The position numbers were made by a program, and so were the translations under genes. This document shows, piece by piece, positions 10,814 through 19,728 of a DNA stretch of 64,000 nucleotides. Source of the stretch: an uncultured bacterium (GTDB lineage Bacteria; Abyssobacteria; SURF-5); the NCBI GenBank assembly GCA_964607485.1, contig CAZSKP010000006.1, forward strand, positions 97,157-161,156, read 5' to 3'. The stretch's first letter is position 1; every line of letters starts with the position of its first letter. Below the pieces are notes generated by a model. The model ran no database searches, had not been told where the DNA came from, and saw only the letters and a program-made list of their open reading frames with translations.

Positions 10814-11537
10814 ATCGTCTTTTCCGGTCGTTGATGCGCACCTTCACGATCTCGAGCAGCATCGGGAGCGTATGCTTCAGCACGCTGACCTTTGTGGAGG
10901 GCGAATTGTTCCAGGTGACTCCGATTTCGCCGATGCGGTAGCCGAATTTGCGGGCCAGAAAGAGTGCCTCGACGTCGAAACCGAAGCCGTCGAGACGCGC
11001 GACCGAAAATATCTTCGTTGCCGAGCCGTCCTCGAAATACTTGAACCCGCATTGGGTGTCTCGAACCTTGGGCACGGCCAGCAGGCGCACTATCTTGTTG
11101 AACACCTTGCCGCTCAGTTCCCTGTACCAGGGTCGCCAGCCCACTATGACCGAATCACTAAGAGCCCTCGACCCGACAACCACGTCGCAGCCGTTTTTCG
11201 CGCCTTGCTTCAGCTTTTCCAGTTCCTCGATGGGGGTCGCGAGGTCGGCGTCGGAGAGGAGCACGTCCTTTGCGCTCGCGTTGAGCATGCCCGTCCGCAC
11301 GGCGCAGCCTTTGCCTCGATTCGGATGATAACTGATGAGTCGTATGCGGCTATCCTTGCGAGCGTAACTTTCAACGACTTCATCCGTGGAGTCGATGCTT
11401 CCGTCGCTCACGACGATTATCTCGTAGTCGATTCCGCGGTTGGTCAGATGTGTGGATATGGCCTCCAGTGTGGAACCAATTCGTTCGGCCTCGTTGTAAG
11501 CGGGAATGACAACGGAGAGCTCGGTTGTATGTGCCAT
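10788..11537 (-). CDS. GT2 polyprenyl-phosphate glycosyltransferase (dolichyl-phosphate beta-glucosyltransferase-like)
   Basis: SVVIPAYNE, NRGKG.AVR.G, DADL, DTQCGFK and GFGFDVE motifs. Confidence 0.9.
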   Translation of the reverse strand: MAHTTELSVVIPAYNEAERIGSTLEAISTHLTNRGIDYEIIVVSDGSIDSTDEVVESYARKDSRIRLISYHPNRGKGCAVRTGMLNASAKDVLLSDADLATPIEELEKLKQGAKNGCDVVVGSRALSDSVIVGWRPWYRELSGKVFNKIVRLLAVPKVRDTQCGFKYFEDGSATKIFSVARLDGFGFDVEALFLARKFGYRIGEIGVTWNNSPSTKVSVLKHTLPMLLEIVKVRINDRKRRYESAPAND

Positions 11538-11614
11538 AGCGGGAGATCCGGGTTGCGCATCCGGTTACGGAAGGCCGGATTTTCGTCTGTGTCATCACGA
11601 AACAAGCAGTCATC

Positions 11615-11643
11615 ATTATACTTGTGGCGAAAGAGCGTGTCAA
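11615..11643 (-). promoter_or_regulatory. Sigma70 promoter (TTGACA-N17-TATAAT) for the GT2-methyltransferase-GT-C operon
   Basis: Perfect consensus on the minus strand: -35 at 11643-11638, -10 at 11620-11615. Confidence 0.75.
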
Positions 11644-11732
11644 CTGACCCGCCAACGTCCCGGACCTGCAACCGAGCGGATTTTGTTGAAAGAAGGGAGG
11701 CGTTCGTGTCTTGATGTTGTCGCGGTCGGGCT

Positions 11733-13436
11733 TCAGCGTTTTTGGCGGAGTTTCTTTAGGGAAAGCGTGTTGAGGATGTCCTGTGGCTCGAGCCAGCCGC
11801 GACGGGCCACGGCGATGCCGAGCCTCAGCATGTCCAGGTGTTCGAGCCGATGCGCGTCGGTGCCGATGGCGAGCTTGACGCCGAGCTGTTTGGCGCGTTT
11901 GCACCAGATGTCGTCGAGGTCGAGCCTGTCGTAGTTGGCGTTGATTTCTATCGCCGTTCCCGTCTTGGCGGCGACGGCGAGGATTTCCTCGATGTCGACA
12001 TCGTAAGGCGACCGCTGGCCGATGAGCCTGCCGGTCGGGTGCGCGATGCAGTCAACCAGCCGGTTCTCCATGGCGGAGACGATACGGCGCGTGATTTTCT
12101 CGCGAGGCTGCTTGAAGCCCGAGTGTATCGAGGCGACCACCCAGTCGAATTTTTCGAGAAGGTCGTCGGGATAGTCGAGCTTTCCGTCGGAGAGTATGTC
12201 CAGCTCCGTCCCCATGAGCAGCTTGAGATTCTTGAGCTTGGAATTGAGTTTTTGGATTTTCCTGCGTTTCTCCTCCACCCGGTCGGGGGTGAGACCGCGC
12301 GCGATCTTGAGCGATTGCGAATGGTCGGTGACGGCTATGTATTTGTAGCCAAGCGCCTGCGCGCGTTCGGCAAGCTGTTCGAGCGTGGCGCGGCCGTCGC
12401 TGAAGTCGGAATGCACGTGCATATCGCCCTTTATCTGTTTGGTGGTCACGAGGTCGGGCAGCGCGTCTTCGCCGGCCGCCTCGATCTCGCCCCTGTCCTC
12501 CCTGAGCTCAGGCGGCATGTAGCGCAATCCCATTGCGTCGTAAATATCTTCCTCTTCCGCGCCTCCGATTCTCTTTTCACCCTTGAAGATGCCGTACTCA
12601 TTGATTTTCATCCCGCGGCCTTTTGCGATGTCGCGCAGCTTGATATTGTGGGCTTTCGAGCCGGTGAAATACTGGAGCGCGGCCCCGAAGCAGTCCTCGT
12701 CCACGACTCGCAGGTCGATCTGTTGGTTTCCCTCGACAATCACGCTTGCCTTGGTACTTCCGGCCGCCAGCACTCTCTTCACTTGGGGAAGAGTCGTGAA
12801 TGCCTCGATGGCCTTGGCGTGGTCGGCGGCCGAGGCGAGAATGTCGATGTCCCCGATTGTTTCACACATGCGCCTGAGACTGCCGGCCATCTCGGCCCGT
12901 TTGACGGCCCGAAATTTTCTCACCGACGCCACAATCTCTTCCGCTACGGGAAGCGCGATTCCCAGGGGGATGCGCTTCGCCGCCTCGCGGAGCAGCTCGA
13001 TGCCTTTGAGAATGTTTTCCGCCTTTTTTTCGCCCATCCCCGGCAGCTCTGCCAATTTGCCTGAGCGAGCCGCCTCTTCGAGCGCCTGGAAGGAATCTAT
13101 CTTCAGCTTGGAATGGATGAGCGCCAGGCTCTTGGGGCCCATTCCGGGTATCTGAAGCATGTCGATGAGCTCGTCGGAGAGCCCCTTGCGCTCTTCTTCA
13201 TACTTCTTGATTTTTCCCGTCTCAAGGTATTCACGTATTTTCTCCGCCGTGCTCTTGCCGATGCCCGGCAGCTCCGACAGCCGGTCTTCGGCCGCGACGA
13301 CGGCGATGTCCTCGGTGGTGTCGCGCAATGTGCGCGCCGCCTTTCGGTACGAGTTGACCTTGAACACGACGTCGCCCTTGAATTCAAGGATGTCGCCGAG
13401 ACGGTCGAATATTTCAGCTATCTCCGAATTTTTCAT
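11733..13436 (-). CDS. polX: DNA polymerase X with PHP exonuclease domain
   Basis: HhH motifs PGIGK and PGMGPK; GSLRR..ETIGDID; IDLR; YFTGSK.HN. PHP motifs HVHS..SDG, TDHS, HPTGR and TDAH are intact. Confidence 0.95.
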   Translation of the reverse strand: MKNSEIAEIFDRLGDILEFKGDVVFKVNSYRKAARTLRDTTEDIAVVAAEDRLSELPGIGKSTAEKIREYLETGKIKKYEEERKGLSDELIDMLQIPGMGPKSLALIHSKLKIDSFQALEEAARSGKLAELPGMGEKKAENILKGIELLREAAKRIPLGIALPVAEEIVASVRKFRAVKRAEMAGSLRRMCETIGDIDILASAADHAKAIEAFTTLPQVKRVLAAGSTKASVIVEGNQQIDLRVVDEDCFGAALQYFTGSKAHNIKLRDIAKGRGMKINEYGIFKGEKRIGGAEEEDIYDAMGLRYMPPELREDRGEIEAAGEDALPDLVTTKQIKGDMHVHSDFSDGRATLEQLAERAQALGYKYIAVTDHSQSLKIARGLTPDRVEEKRRKIQKLNSKLKNLKLLMGTELDILSDGKLDYPDDLLEKFDWVVASIHSGFKQPREKITRRIVSAMENRLVDCIAHPTGRLIGQRSPYDVDIEEILAVAAKTGTAIEINANYDRLDLDDIWCKRAKQLGVKLAIGTDAHRLEHLDMLRLGIAVARRGWLEPQDILNTLSLKKLRQKR

Positions 13437-13451
13437 GGATTCGCGGTGCTC

Positions 13452-13943
13452 TCAGCGGTCTGCCGACCCGCTCAGGCTCCATTTTGGGACGAGGTCGTCC
13501 AGCAGAGCCTTCACGTACTTCTCGATTTCCTCGTACGTGGAAATGAAATACTCTATCGGCGCCCCGTAGGGGTCTTCGACGTCACGGCCGCGGACGTGGG
13601 GAGGACCGAAATCTGTCAACAAGCGATACTTGCCGCCGCTGTCCCCGCATATGACACCGGCTTCTCTGAGATGGTTTCTCTCCAGTCCGATAACAAGGTC
13701 GGCCCTCTTGAGCATCTGCCGTGTGACTTGCCGGGCCCGATGGCGCGACAGGTCAACACCCCGTTCGGCCGCCACCTCGACGGCAAGCTCGGCCGCGGTC
13801 TGACCGATCAGCGCTAACGTGCCCGCCGATGAGACGGTGACGGAATTTATCCCTCTTTTCGCCAGCTCTTGCTTCAGGATTCCCTCGGCTATAGGAGACC
13901 TGCACAGGTTGCCGGTACAGAGAAACAGTACATGTCTGCTCAT
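13452..13943 (-). CDS. Low-molecular-weight protein phosphatase (LMW-PTP/YwlE family)
   Basis: P-loop CTGNLCRS, SAGT and DPYG motifs; ATG at 13943. Confidence 0.9.
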   Translation of the reverse strand: MSRHVLFLCTGNLCRSPIAEGILKQELAKRGINSVTVSSAGTLALIGQTAAELAVEVAAERGVDLSRHRARQVTRQMLKRADLVIGLERNHLREAGVICGDSGGKYRLLTDFGPPHVRGRDVEDPYGAPIEYFISTYEEIEKYVKALLDDLVPKWSLSGSADR

Positions 13944-13950
13944 CGAGTCT

Positions 13951-13979
13951 AATGTAGAGGAATCGAGGGGTAAAGTCAA
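13951..13979 (-). promoter_or_regulatory. Sigma70 promoter (TTGACT-N17-TACATT), probably leaderless, for phosphatase-polX
   Basis: The -10 ends 7 nt before the ATG at 13943, and there is no SD sequence. Confidence 0.6.
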
Positions 13980-14015
13980 GGCGGCCGAGACGGCCGAAAT
14001 CGGAGGCAGCGCCTG

Positions 14016-15074
14016 CTACGGAGCTTGGCCTTTGGAGCCCGATTGTATTTCCTTGCGGAGGCCTTCAACGAGCGAGCGGCACTCAGGGTCGGTCTTCTGG
14101 AGGGTCTTGATCTTGCGGCAGGCGTGCAGGACGGTCGTGTGGTCCTTCCTGCCGAAAACCTGTCCGATCTCGGAGAGCGAGGCCGAGGTGAGCTCGCGAC
14201 TCAGATACATGGCCACCTGACGCGGAAACGCCACGGAGCGCGAACGGCGGGGCGAGGTGAAATCGGATTCCTTGATGCCGAAGAATTTGGCGGCGATTTG
14301 CCTTATGCCGTCCACCGTGACCTCGGAGATTCGCCCGCGCTTGATTATGTCTGCAAGCACCTCCCTCACAAGCTTCGGTGAGGGCGACTCCCCGCGAACG
14401 CCTGCCGTCGCTATCGTTCTTGTGAGCACTCCCTCCAGCTCGCGTATGTTTGAGCTCACATGCTCGGCTATCAGCCTCAGCACGTCCGTCGAGAGCTCGA
14501 CCTTGCAGTTCTCGGCTTTCTTTCTGAGTATGGCGACGCGGGTGTCGAAATCGGGCGGCTCCAGCGCCGCCACGAGTCCCCATTCGAACCTGCTCACCAG
14601 ACGGTCCTCGAGCGTGGGTATCTGCTTGGGAGGACGGTCGGACGAGATGACTATCTGCTTCTTCTTATCGTGAAGCGCGTTGAACGTATGAAAGAACTCC
14701 TCCTGGGTGGCGTCCTTTCCGGCGATGAAATGAATGTCGTCTATGAGCAAGAAATCGATGCTCCGAAACCTTTGTCGAAACTCCTCCGTCGCCCTGTTCT
14801 GAATGGCCATAATCAACTGATTCGTGAAATGCTCCGTCGAAAGGTATGCGGCCTTCAGCCTGCCCGTATGCCGCGAAAGCGCGTGGTGACCGATGGCCTG
14901 CATCAGATGCGTCTTGCCCAGGCCCACGCCCCCGTGCAGGAAGAGGGGGTTATACAGCTCGGCGGGAGTTTCGGCCACCCCTTTGGCCGCCGAATGCGCA
15001 AACAGGTTGCATGAACCGACCACAAAGTTTTCGAAGGTGTACTGGGGATTGAGCGTTGAACGGGAGTATCGCAT
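14016..15074 (-). CDS. dnaA: DnaA paralogue lacking domains I-II (AAA+ and DNA-binding domains only)
   Basis: LNPQYTFENFVVG, Walker A GGVGLGKTHL, Walker B LLIDDIH, TQEEFFHTFN, RLVSRFEWGL, and domain IV RQVAMYL...DHTTVLHA. An in-frame stop at 15090-15092 prevents N-terminal extension. Confidence 0.9.
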   Translation of the reverse strand: MRYSRSTLNPQYTFENFVVGSCNLFAHSAAKGVAETPAELYNPLFLHGGVGLGKTHLMQAIGHHALSRHTGRLKAAYLSTEHFTNQLIMAIQNRATEEFRQRFRSIDFLLIDDIHFIAGKDATQEEFFHTFNALHDKKKQIVISSDRPPKQIPTLEDRLVSRFEWGLVAALEPPDFDTRVAILRKKAENCKVELSTDVLRLIAEHVSSNIRELEGVLTRTIATAGVRGESPSPKLVREVLADIIKRGRISEVTVDGIRQIAAKFFGIKESDFTSPRRSRSVAFPRQVAMYLSRELTSASLSEIGQVFGRKDHTTVLHACRKIKTLQKTDPECRSLVEGLRKEIQSGSKGQAP

Positions 15075-15123
15075 GGATATACCAAACGGTCAATCGGGCT
15101 TGCCTAAAGAGTTTCTCAAGGAC

Positions 15124-15237
15124 ACATCCACAAAATTATCAACATTTCCCATGTCGTCTCATAAGCTACTGTTGCTGAATTGGTTAGCCTGACTTCAAGC
15201 ACCAATATCGGCTATCTTATCCACAGTCTTATTCACA
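15124..15237 (+). promoter_or_regulatory. DnaA-box cluster (two tandem pairs)
   Basis: TTATCCACA at 15217-15225 and TTATTCACA at 15229-15237 match consensus; ACATCCACA at 15124-15132 and TTATCAACA at 15136-15144 are degenerate. Each pair has a 3-nt gap. Confidence 0.8.
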
Positions 15238-15524
15238 GGTCTCAGTTGTAACATGTCGCTACAAAACCACGGAAGCCCGCCCCAGAAGGTCGTTGAACGA
15301 ACGATTAGCATGGACGTCTCCCAGGAAGGTGCTTATGCCTTTCTTGTCCATCTCTTTCTGTGTCTTGGGGTTTGGCGACCATCGGCATATTGTAATAAAT
15401 AGTGACACTTCAAACACTCCGACCACGCGCACCCATTGAGATACAGAGAAAGCGGCGCACAATCAGTCTTGCCACCCAATCGGGGTTGCCGTCAGTGCTC
15501 AGAGATGATTTTCCGGAGGGGTTA

Positions 15525-17252
15525 TTAGGCGTACCCCATGGTTTCGCCCACAACTTCTTCTATGGAGGTGACGCCCGCTAGTATCTTGGCGATACCAGCT
15601 TCTCGAAGCGTATGCATGCCCGCCCGGATGGCAGCGTCTCTCAACTCTCCGGTCGCGCACCGTTGAAGTACGAGCTCGCGCATTTCATCGTTGAACGTCA
15701 TCAGTTCGTAGATGCCGGTCCTGCCTTTATACCCGATATGCGAGCATTCCTTGCACCCGCGTGCCCGATATATCTTCTTGTCTTTTATTCGCTCCCTGGT
15801 CAGTCCGATGGTATGGAGCTCTTCGTCTGAAGGCTCATACTCTTCGTGACAGAACAGGCAGAGCTTTCGCACGAGCCGCTGGGCAACCACGGCCTCGATG
15901 GTGGAGGTCAAGAGGAACGGCTCGACGCCCATATCGATGAGGCGCGTGATCGTGCTGGGCGCGTCGTTGGTGTGAAGGGTGCTGAAGACGAGGTGGCCGG
16001 TGAGCGAAGCCTCGACCGCGAGGTCGGCCGTTTCCTGGTCACGTATTTCGCCAACCATACAGATGTCGGGGTCCTGACGGAGAATCGACCTGAGGCACTT
16101 GGCGAATGTCAGTCCCACCTTTTCGTTTATGTGCACCTGAACAATTCCGTTGACCTGATATTCGACCGGGTCCTCGGTCGTTATTATCTTCCATTGCGGG
16201 TCGTTCAACTCATTGAGGCAGGCATACAGCGTAGTCGTCTTGCCGGAACCGGTCGGTCCCGTCACGAGGATGATTCCGTTGGGCTTCTCAATGAGCTGCA
16301 TTACCTCCTCGTACTGATTTTGTTGAAGGCCGAGACCGTCAAGGTTGATCATGACGGCGCTTCTGTCCAGAATACGAATCACGACGCTTTCGCCGAACAT
16401 TGTCGGCAGGAATGAGATACGGAGGTCGATATCCTTGCCCCCGAGGGAGAGCTGTATGCGACCGTCCTGCGGGAGCCTCCGCTCGGCGATGTCGAGGTTC
16501 GACATGACCTTGAGACGGGAGCAGACGGCCACGCTCAGATGTTTGGGCGGTGTGGAGATGGTATAGAGCACGCCGTCAACTCGCTGGCGCACCTGATAGT
16601 CTTCCTCGAACGGTTCAAAGTGAAGGTCCGAGGCGCGGCTCTGTATCGCCTGCAGGATGACCAGGTTGATGAGTTTAATGACGGGCGCTTCGTGGGCGAG
16701 TGCGATGAGATTGTTCGCGTCGGCTATCTCTTCGCGTGTGCCCGACGTGGTCGATTGATCCAGCACTTTCTCGACGTCGGCGAAAAGTTCGTCGATCATC
16801 GCCGCTGCGGATTCGCCCTGGTAGCCGTAATGCTTTTCGATTGCCGCGGCGATTTCGCTCTGCGTGCTGACGGCTCCCTCTATCTCGCATCCGAGTATGA
16901 CCTTCAGGTCGTCGATGGTGTTGATGGCAAGCGGGTCCGCCATGGCTATGGTCAGGACGTTATCGTTTTTCCGAATGGGAATGATGTTATAAAATTGCGC
17001 GATGTCGGGAGTGACCAGGTTGAGAACGTCGGTGTTGATGGATATCTGTGACAGGTTGGCCTGCTCCATGCCCTGCTGGACGCCCAGGGCATTGACGATA
17101 TCCTGCTCGGTGGCATACCCCATGCTCACAAGAGTACGCCCCAGGAACTCGCGGCTCACCCGTTGTTTTTCGAGGGCCTCCTCGAGTTGAGCAGCCGTTA
17201 TGACACCGTTTTCGAGAAGTATTTCTCCGAGATTTCTCGTTCCTAGTGGCAA
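15525..17252 (-). CDS. PilB/GspE family secretion ATPase
   Basis: MshEN-like N-terminus, ASDLHFEP, GPTGSGKTTT, TEDPVEY, LRQDPD, GEIRD, STLHTND and tetracysteine motif. TTG start. Confidence 0.92.
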   Translation of the reverse strand: MPLGTRNLGEILLENGVITAAQLEEALEKQRVSREFLGRTLVSMGYATEQDIVNALGVQQGMEQANLSQISINTDVLNLVTPDIAQFYNIIPIRKNDNVLTIAMADPLAINTIDDLKVILGCEIEGAVSTQSEIAAAIEKHYGYQGESAAAMIDELFADVEKVLDQSTTSGTREEIADANNLIALAHEAPVIKLINLVILQAIQSRASDLHFEPFEEDYQVRQRVDGVLYTISTPPKHLSVAVCSRLKVMSNLDIAERRLPQDGRIQLSLGGKDIDLRISFLPTMFGESVVIRILDRSAVMINLDGLGLQQNQYEEVMQLIEKPNGIILVTGPTGSGKTTTLYACLNELNDPQWKIITTEDPVEYQVNGIVQVHINEKVGLTFAKCLRSILRQDPDICMVGEIRDQETADLAVEASLTGHLVFSTLHTNDAPSTITRLIDMGVEPFLLTSTIEAVVAQRLVRKLCLFCHEEYEPSDEELHTIGLTRERIKDKKIYRARGCKECSHIGYKGRTGIYELMTFNDEMRELVLQRCATGELRDAAIRAGMHTLREAGIAKILAGVTSIEEVVGETMGYA

Positions 17253-17290
17253 GGCTTACTCACGCTCCTTTTTCACATCCGCCCAAACTC

Positions 17291-19084
17291 TCAGCTGACG
17301 CTCTTCACCAGTTTCAGTCCCGGCAACACGTCGTCCTGCTGGGTGACCGACACGGCCTCCTCGATCGTGGTCGTGCCCGAAAACACTTTGAGCCAGGCGT
17401 CGTCCCGAAGGGTTCTCATTCCATCCCGCCGCGCCTGGTTTTTCAAATTGAGTGTGGGCTCGTGCTTGAGCACCATCTCGCGGATGATTTCATTCATCAT
17501 TAAAAGTTCCAGCACGGTAGTTCGGCCGTGGTAGCCGGTGCGGTTGCAGCTCTCACACCCTGTGCCCTTATAGAAGGTGATGTCTCGGACTTCATCGGGG
17601 TCAAGGCCCAGCTGGCGCAGTTGGTCGTCGCTCGGATGGTCCTCGACCTTGCAGCTCCTGCAGATTTTCCGGACGAGGCGCTGCGCCGATATGGCCTGAA
17701 CGGCGGAGGACACGAGGAAGGGTTTTATGCCCATGTCGATGAGTCGGTTCAACGCGCCGGCTGAGTCGTTGGTATGAAGCGTGCTGAACACGAGGTGTCC
17801 GGTGAGAGCCGACCGGATGGCGATCTCCGCGGTCTCGCTGTCGCGGATTTCACCGACCATCACGATATCGGGCGACTGTCGGAGGATCGACCTCAGCCCG
17901 GCGGCGAAGGTAAGGCCTATCTCGGAATCGATCTGCACCTGATTTATGCCCGACAGAACGTACTCGACCGGGTTCTCGATGGTGATTATCTTGCGTTCGG
18001 GCGTGTTGATGGTATTGAGCGACGCGTACAGCGTGGTCGTCTTGCCCGAGCCGGTCGGCCCGGTCACCAGCACGATGCCCGTGGGGATATGCAGCAGGCT
18101 TTCCCATTGCCTGAGCGTGTCAACGGCGTAACCGAGGTCGCGCAGGTCGAGTGCCAGGCTGCTCTTGTCGAGGATTCGGAGAACGAAACTTTCGCCGTAT
18201 ATCGCCGGAAGCGCGGAAGCGCGGAGGTCGATGTCCTTGCCCATCAATTGCAGTTTTATGCGGCCGTCCTGCGGGATTCTCTTTTCCGAAATGTCCATTC
18301 CGGCCATCAGCTTCAGACGGGAGAGGATGGCGTTCTGCAGCGCTTTGGGAGGCGGGTTCACCTCGTGCAGAATGCCGTCGATGCGGTACCGGACCTTCAG
18401 TTCGCGCTCGAACGGCTCTATATGGATGTCGCTCGCGCGGTGCCTGAACGCTTCGAGGATCAGCAGGGTGACCAGTTTGATTATGGGCCCTTCGTCGCCC
18501 TCCTCGTCGTCGCCGCCCTCCATTATCGAACCGTCGAATTCGATGCTCTCGACGCTCAGACTGCTCACGCTCAAACTGCTCACCGTGCTCAGGCTGTCTC
18601 CGCTCACCTGGGACAACATGGTATCGACGGTGACCTCCTCGAGGCCGTAGTATTTGCGGATGGCTTCCTTGATGTCCTCCGGTGTGGCCAACACGGGGCT
18701 TATGTTGCACTCGAGCAGCAGGCGCAGATTATCTACCACGCCGAGGTTCGTCGGGTCGAACATGGCCACGTAAAGGGTGTTGCCCTCTTTCCGGACGGGG
18801 ACAACCTGATAGATTTTTGCGATAGACGGTTGTACGAAATCTATCAGTTGCTGCGAAATTTCCAGATTGGACAAGTTCACCAACGGGAGGTTAAGCTGAG
18901 TGGCGAGGGCTTCGGCCAGATGCTTGGAGGTTATGTAGCCAAAACTGACGAGAACGTCGCCCAGCCGCTTGCTGCTGGCGCGTGTCTGCTGCCGTTTCAG
19001 GGCATCCTTGAGCTGCTCCTGTGTGATGGCGCCCTGAGCCAGCAATATCTGCCCTAACGACTTGCTGCTCTCAACTACCGCCAT
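17291..19084 (-). CDS. PilB/GspE family secretion ATPase
   Basis: MshEN-like N-terminus (KRLGDVLV), ASDIHIEP, GPTGSGKTTT, GEIRD, STLHTND and CxxC..CxxC. Confidence 0.92.
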   Translation of the reverse strand: MAVVESSKSLGQILLAQGAITQEQLKDALKRQQTRASSKRLGDVLVSFGYITSKHLAEALATQLNLPLVNLSNLEISQQLIDFVQPSIAKIYQVVPVRKEGNTLYVAMFDPTNLGVVDNLRLLLECNISPVLATPEDIKEAIRKYYGLEEVTVDTMLSQVSGDSLSTVSSLSVSSLSVESIEFDGSIMEGGDDEEGDEGPIIKLVTLLILEAFRHRASDIHIEPFERELKVRYRIDGILHEVNPPPKALQNAILSRLKLMAGMDISEKRIPQDGRIKLQLMGKDIDLRASALPAIYGESFVLRILDKSSLALDLRDLGYAVDTLRQWESLLHIPTGIVLVTGPTGSGKTTTLYASLNTINTPERKIITIENPVEYVLSGINQVQIDSEIGLTFAAGLRSILRQSPDIVMVGEIRDSETAEIAIRSALTGHLVFSTLHTNDSAGALNRLIDMGIKPFLVSSAVQAISAQRLVRKICRSCKVEDHPSDDQLRQLGLDPDEVRDITFYKGTGCESCNRTGYHGRTTVLELLMMNEIIREMVLKHEPTLNLKNQARRDGMRTLRDDAWLKVFSGTTTIEEAVSVTQQDDVLPGLKLVKSVS

Positions 19085-19128
19085 CGTCCTTCCCCCCTTT
19101 TCGGATTCATGCGGATTATACCAAGAAA

Positions 19129-19157
19129 ATTATACCTCACCGCCCAATCGATGTCAA
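19129..19157 (-). promoter_or_regulatory. Sigma70 promoter (TTGACA-N17-TATAAT) for the tandem PilB-like genes
   Basis: Perfect consensus between gspM and the ATG at 19084; a second TATAAT lies at 19120-19115. Confidence 0.7.
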
Positions 19158-19203
19158 GCCGCCAAAGCCGTTTCGCGGCCTGTATCTCCAGCGCCGGCAG
19201 GGA

Positions 19204-19728
19204 TTAGGACATGCCTATCGAAGTGACCAGCATCGACACGTTCAATCCTCCGCCCAATCGCGATTCGGGCTGGATGCGGATGCTTGCGATGGCAACCGCC
19301 GCGCCGGTTCTCTCGATTTCATACAGATAGGCTACCAGATTCTCCAGCGATATTCCTTCCAGCCTGACCTCAACCATGTCCTCGGCAAGATCGCCGCCAA
19401 GATTGCGACGAGATGGTTTCATCGAGGTCAAGTTCTTCTTCAGATTGAGCCTGTTTGCGGTTTGGTCGAGGAAGGAGAACAACGCGAAGTCACGCGAGCG
19501 TCCGCTCACACCCTGCTTGATCTCCTTGGTTTCCTTGAGTATCTGGTCGTATTCCTGCTCGAGCAGTCTCAGGTCGATAAGCTGAGCGCGGGCCCGCTTT
19601 ATCCGATTGTCCAAATCGGCTCGTTTTTTCAGCGTCGGGGAAATGACCAGCATATGAATGAGCACCCCGACCACCACGGCGGCAGCGGCCGCGATAAGCT
19701 TTCTCTCTCTCGTTTTGAGACCTGTCAT
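19204..19728 (-). CDS. gspM: Type II secretion protein M
   Basis: RER motif plus one TM, coiled coil and ferredoxin-like C-terminus (EVRLEGISLENLVAYLYEIE); lies after gspL. Confidence 0.75.
   Translation of the reverse strand: MTGLKTRERKLIAAAAAVVVGVLIHMLVISPTLKKRADLDNRIKRARAQLIDLRLLEQEYDQILKETKEIKQGVSGRSRDFALFSFLDQTANRLNLKKNLTSMKPSRRNLGGDLAEDMVEVRLEGISLENLVAYLYEIERTGAAVAIASIRIQPESRLGGGLNVSMLVTSIGMS

Noticed and set aside
11621-11637. CTTTCGCCA in the GT2 promoter spacer (also TTTTCGCCT at about 26276) as LexA sites
   Set aside because: These are single half-sites without the 11-bp repeat; the 26270-26296 tract is a pyrimidine heptamer repeat after a stop codon.
15259-15462. Small minus-strand ORF as the missing DnaA domain I
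   Set aside because: No resemblance to domain I, and it is separated from dnaA by stops and the box cluster.
15075-15524. oriC call
   Set aside because: DnaA boxes are present, but there are no clear DnaA-trios or extended AT-rich unwinding element and no dnaN/rpmH/gyrB context. It cannot be called without GC skew.
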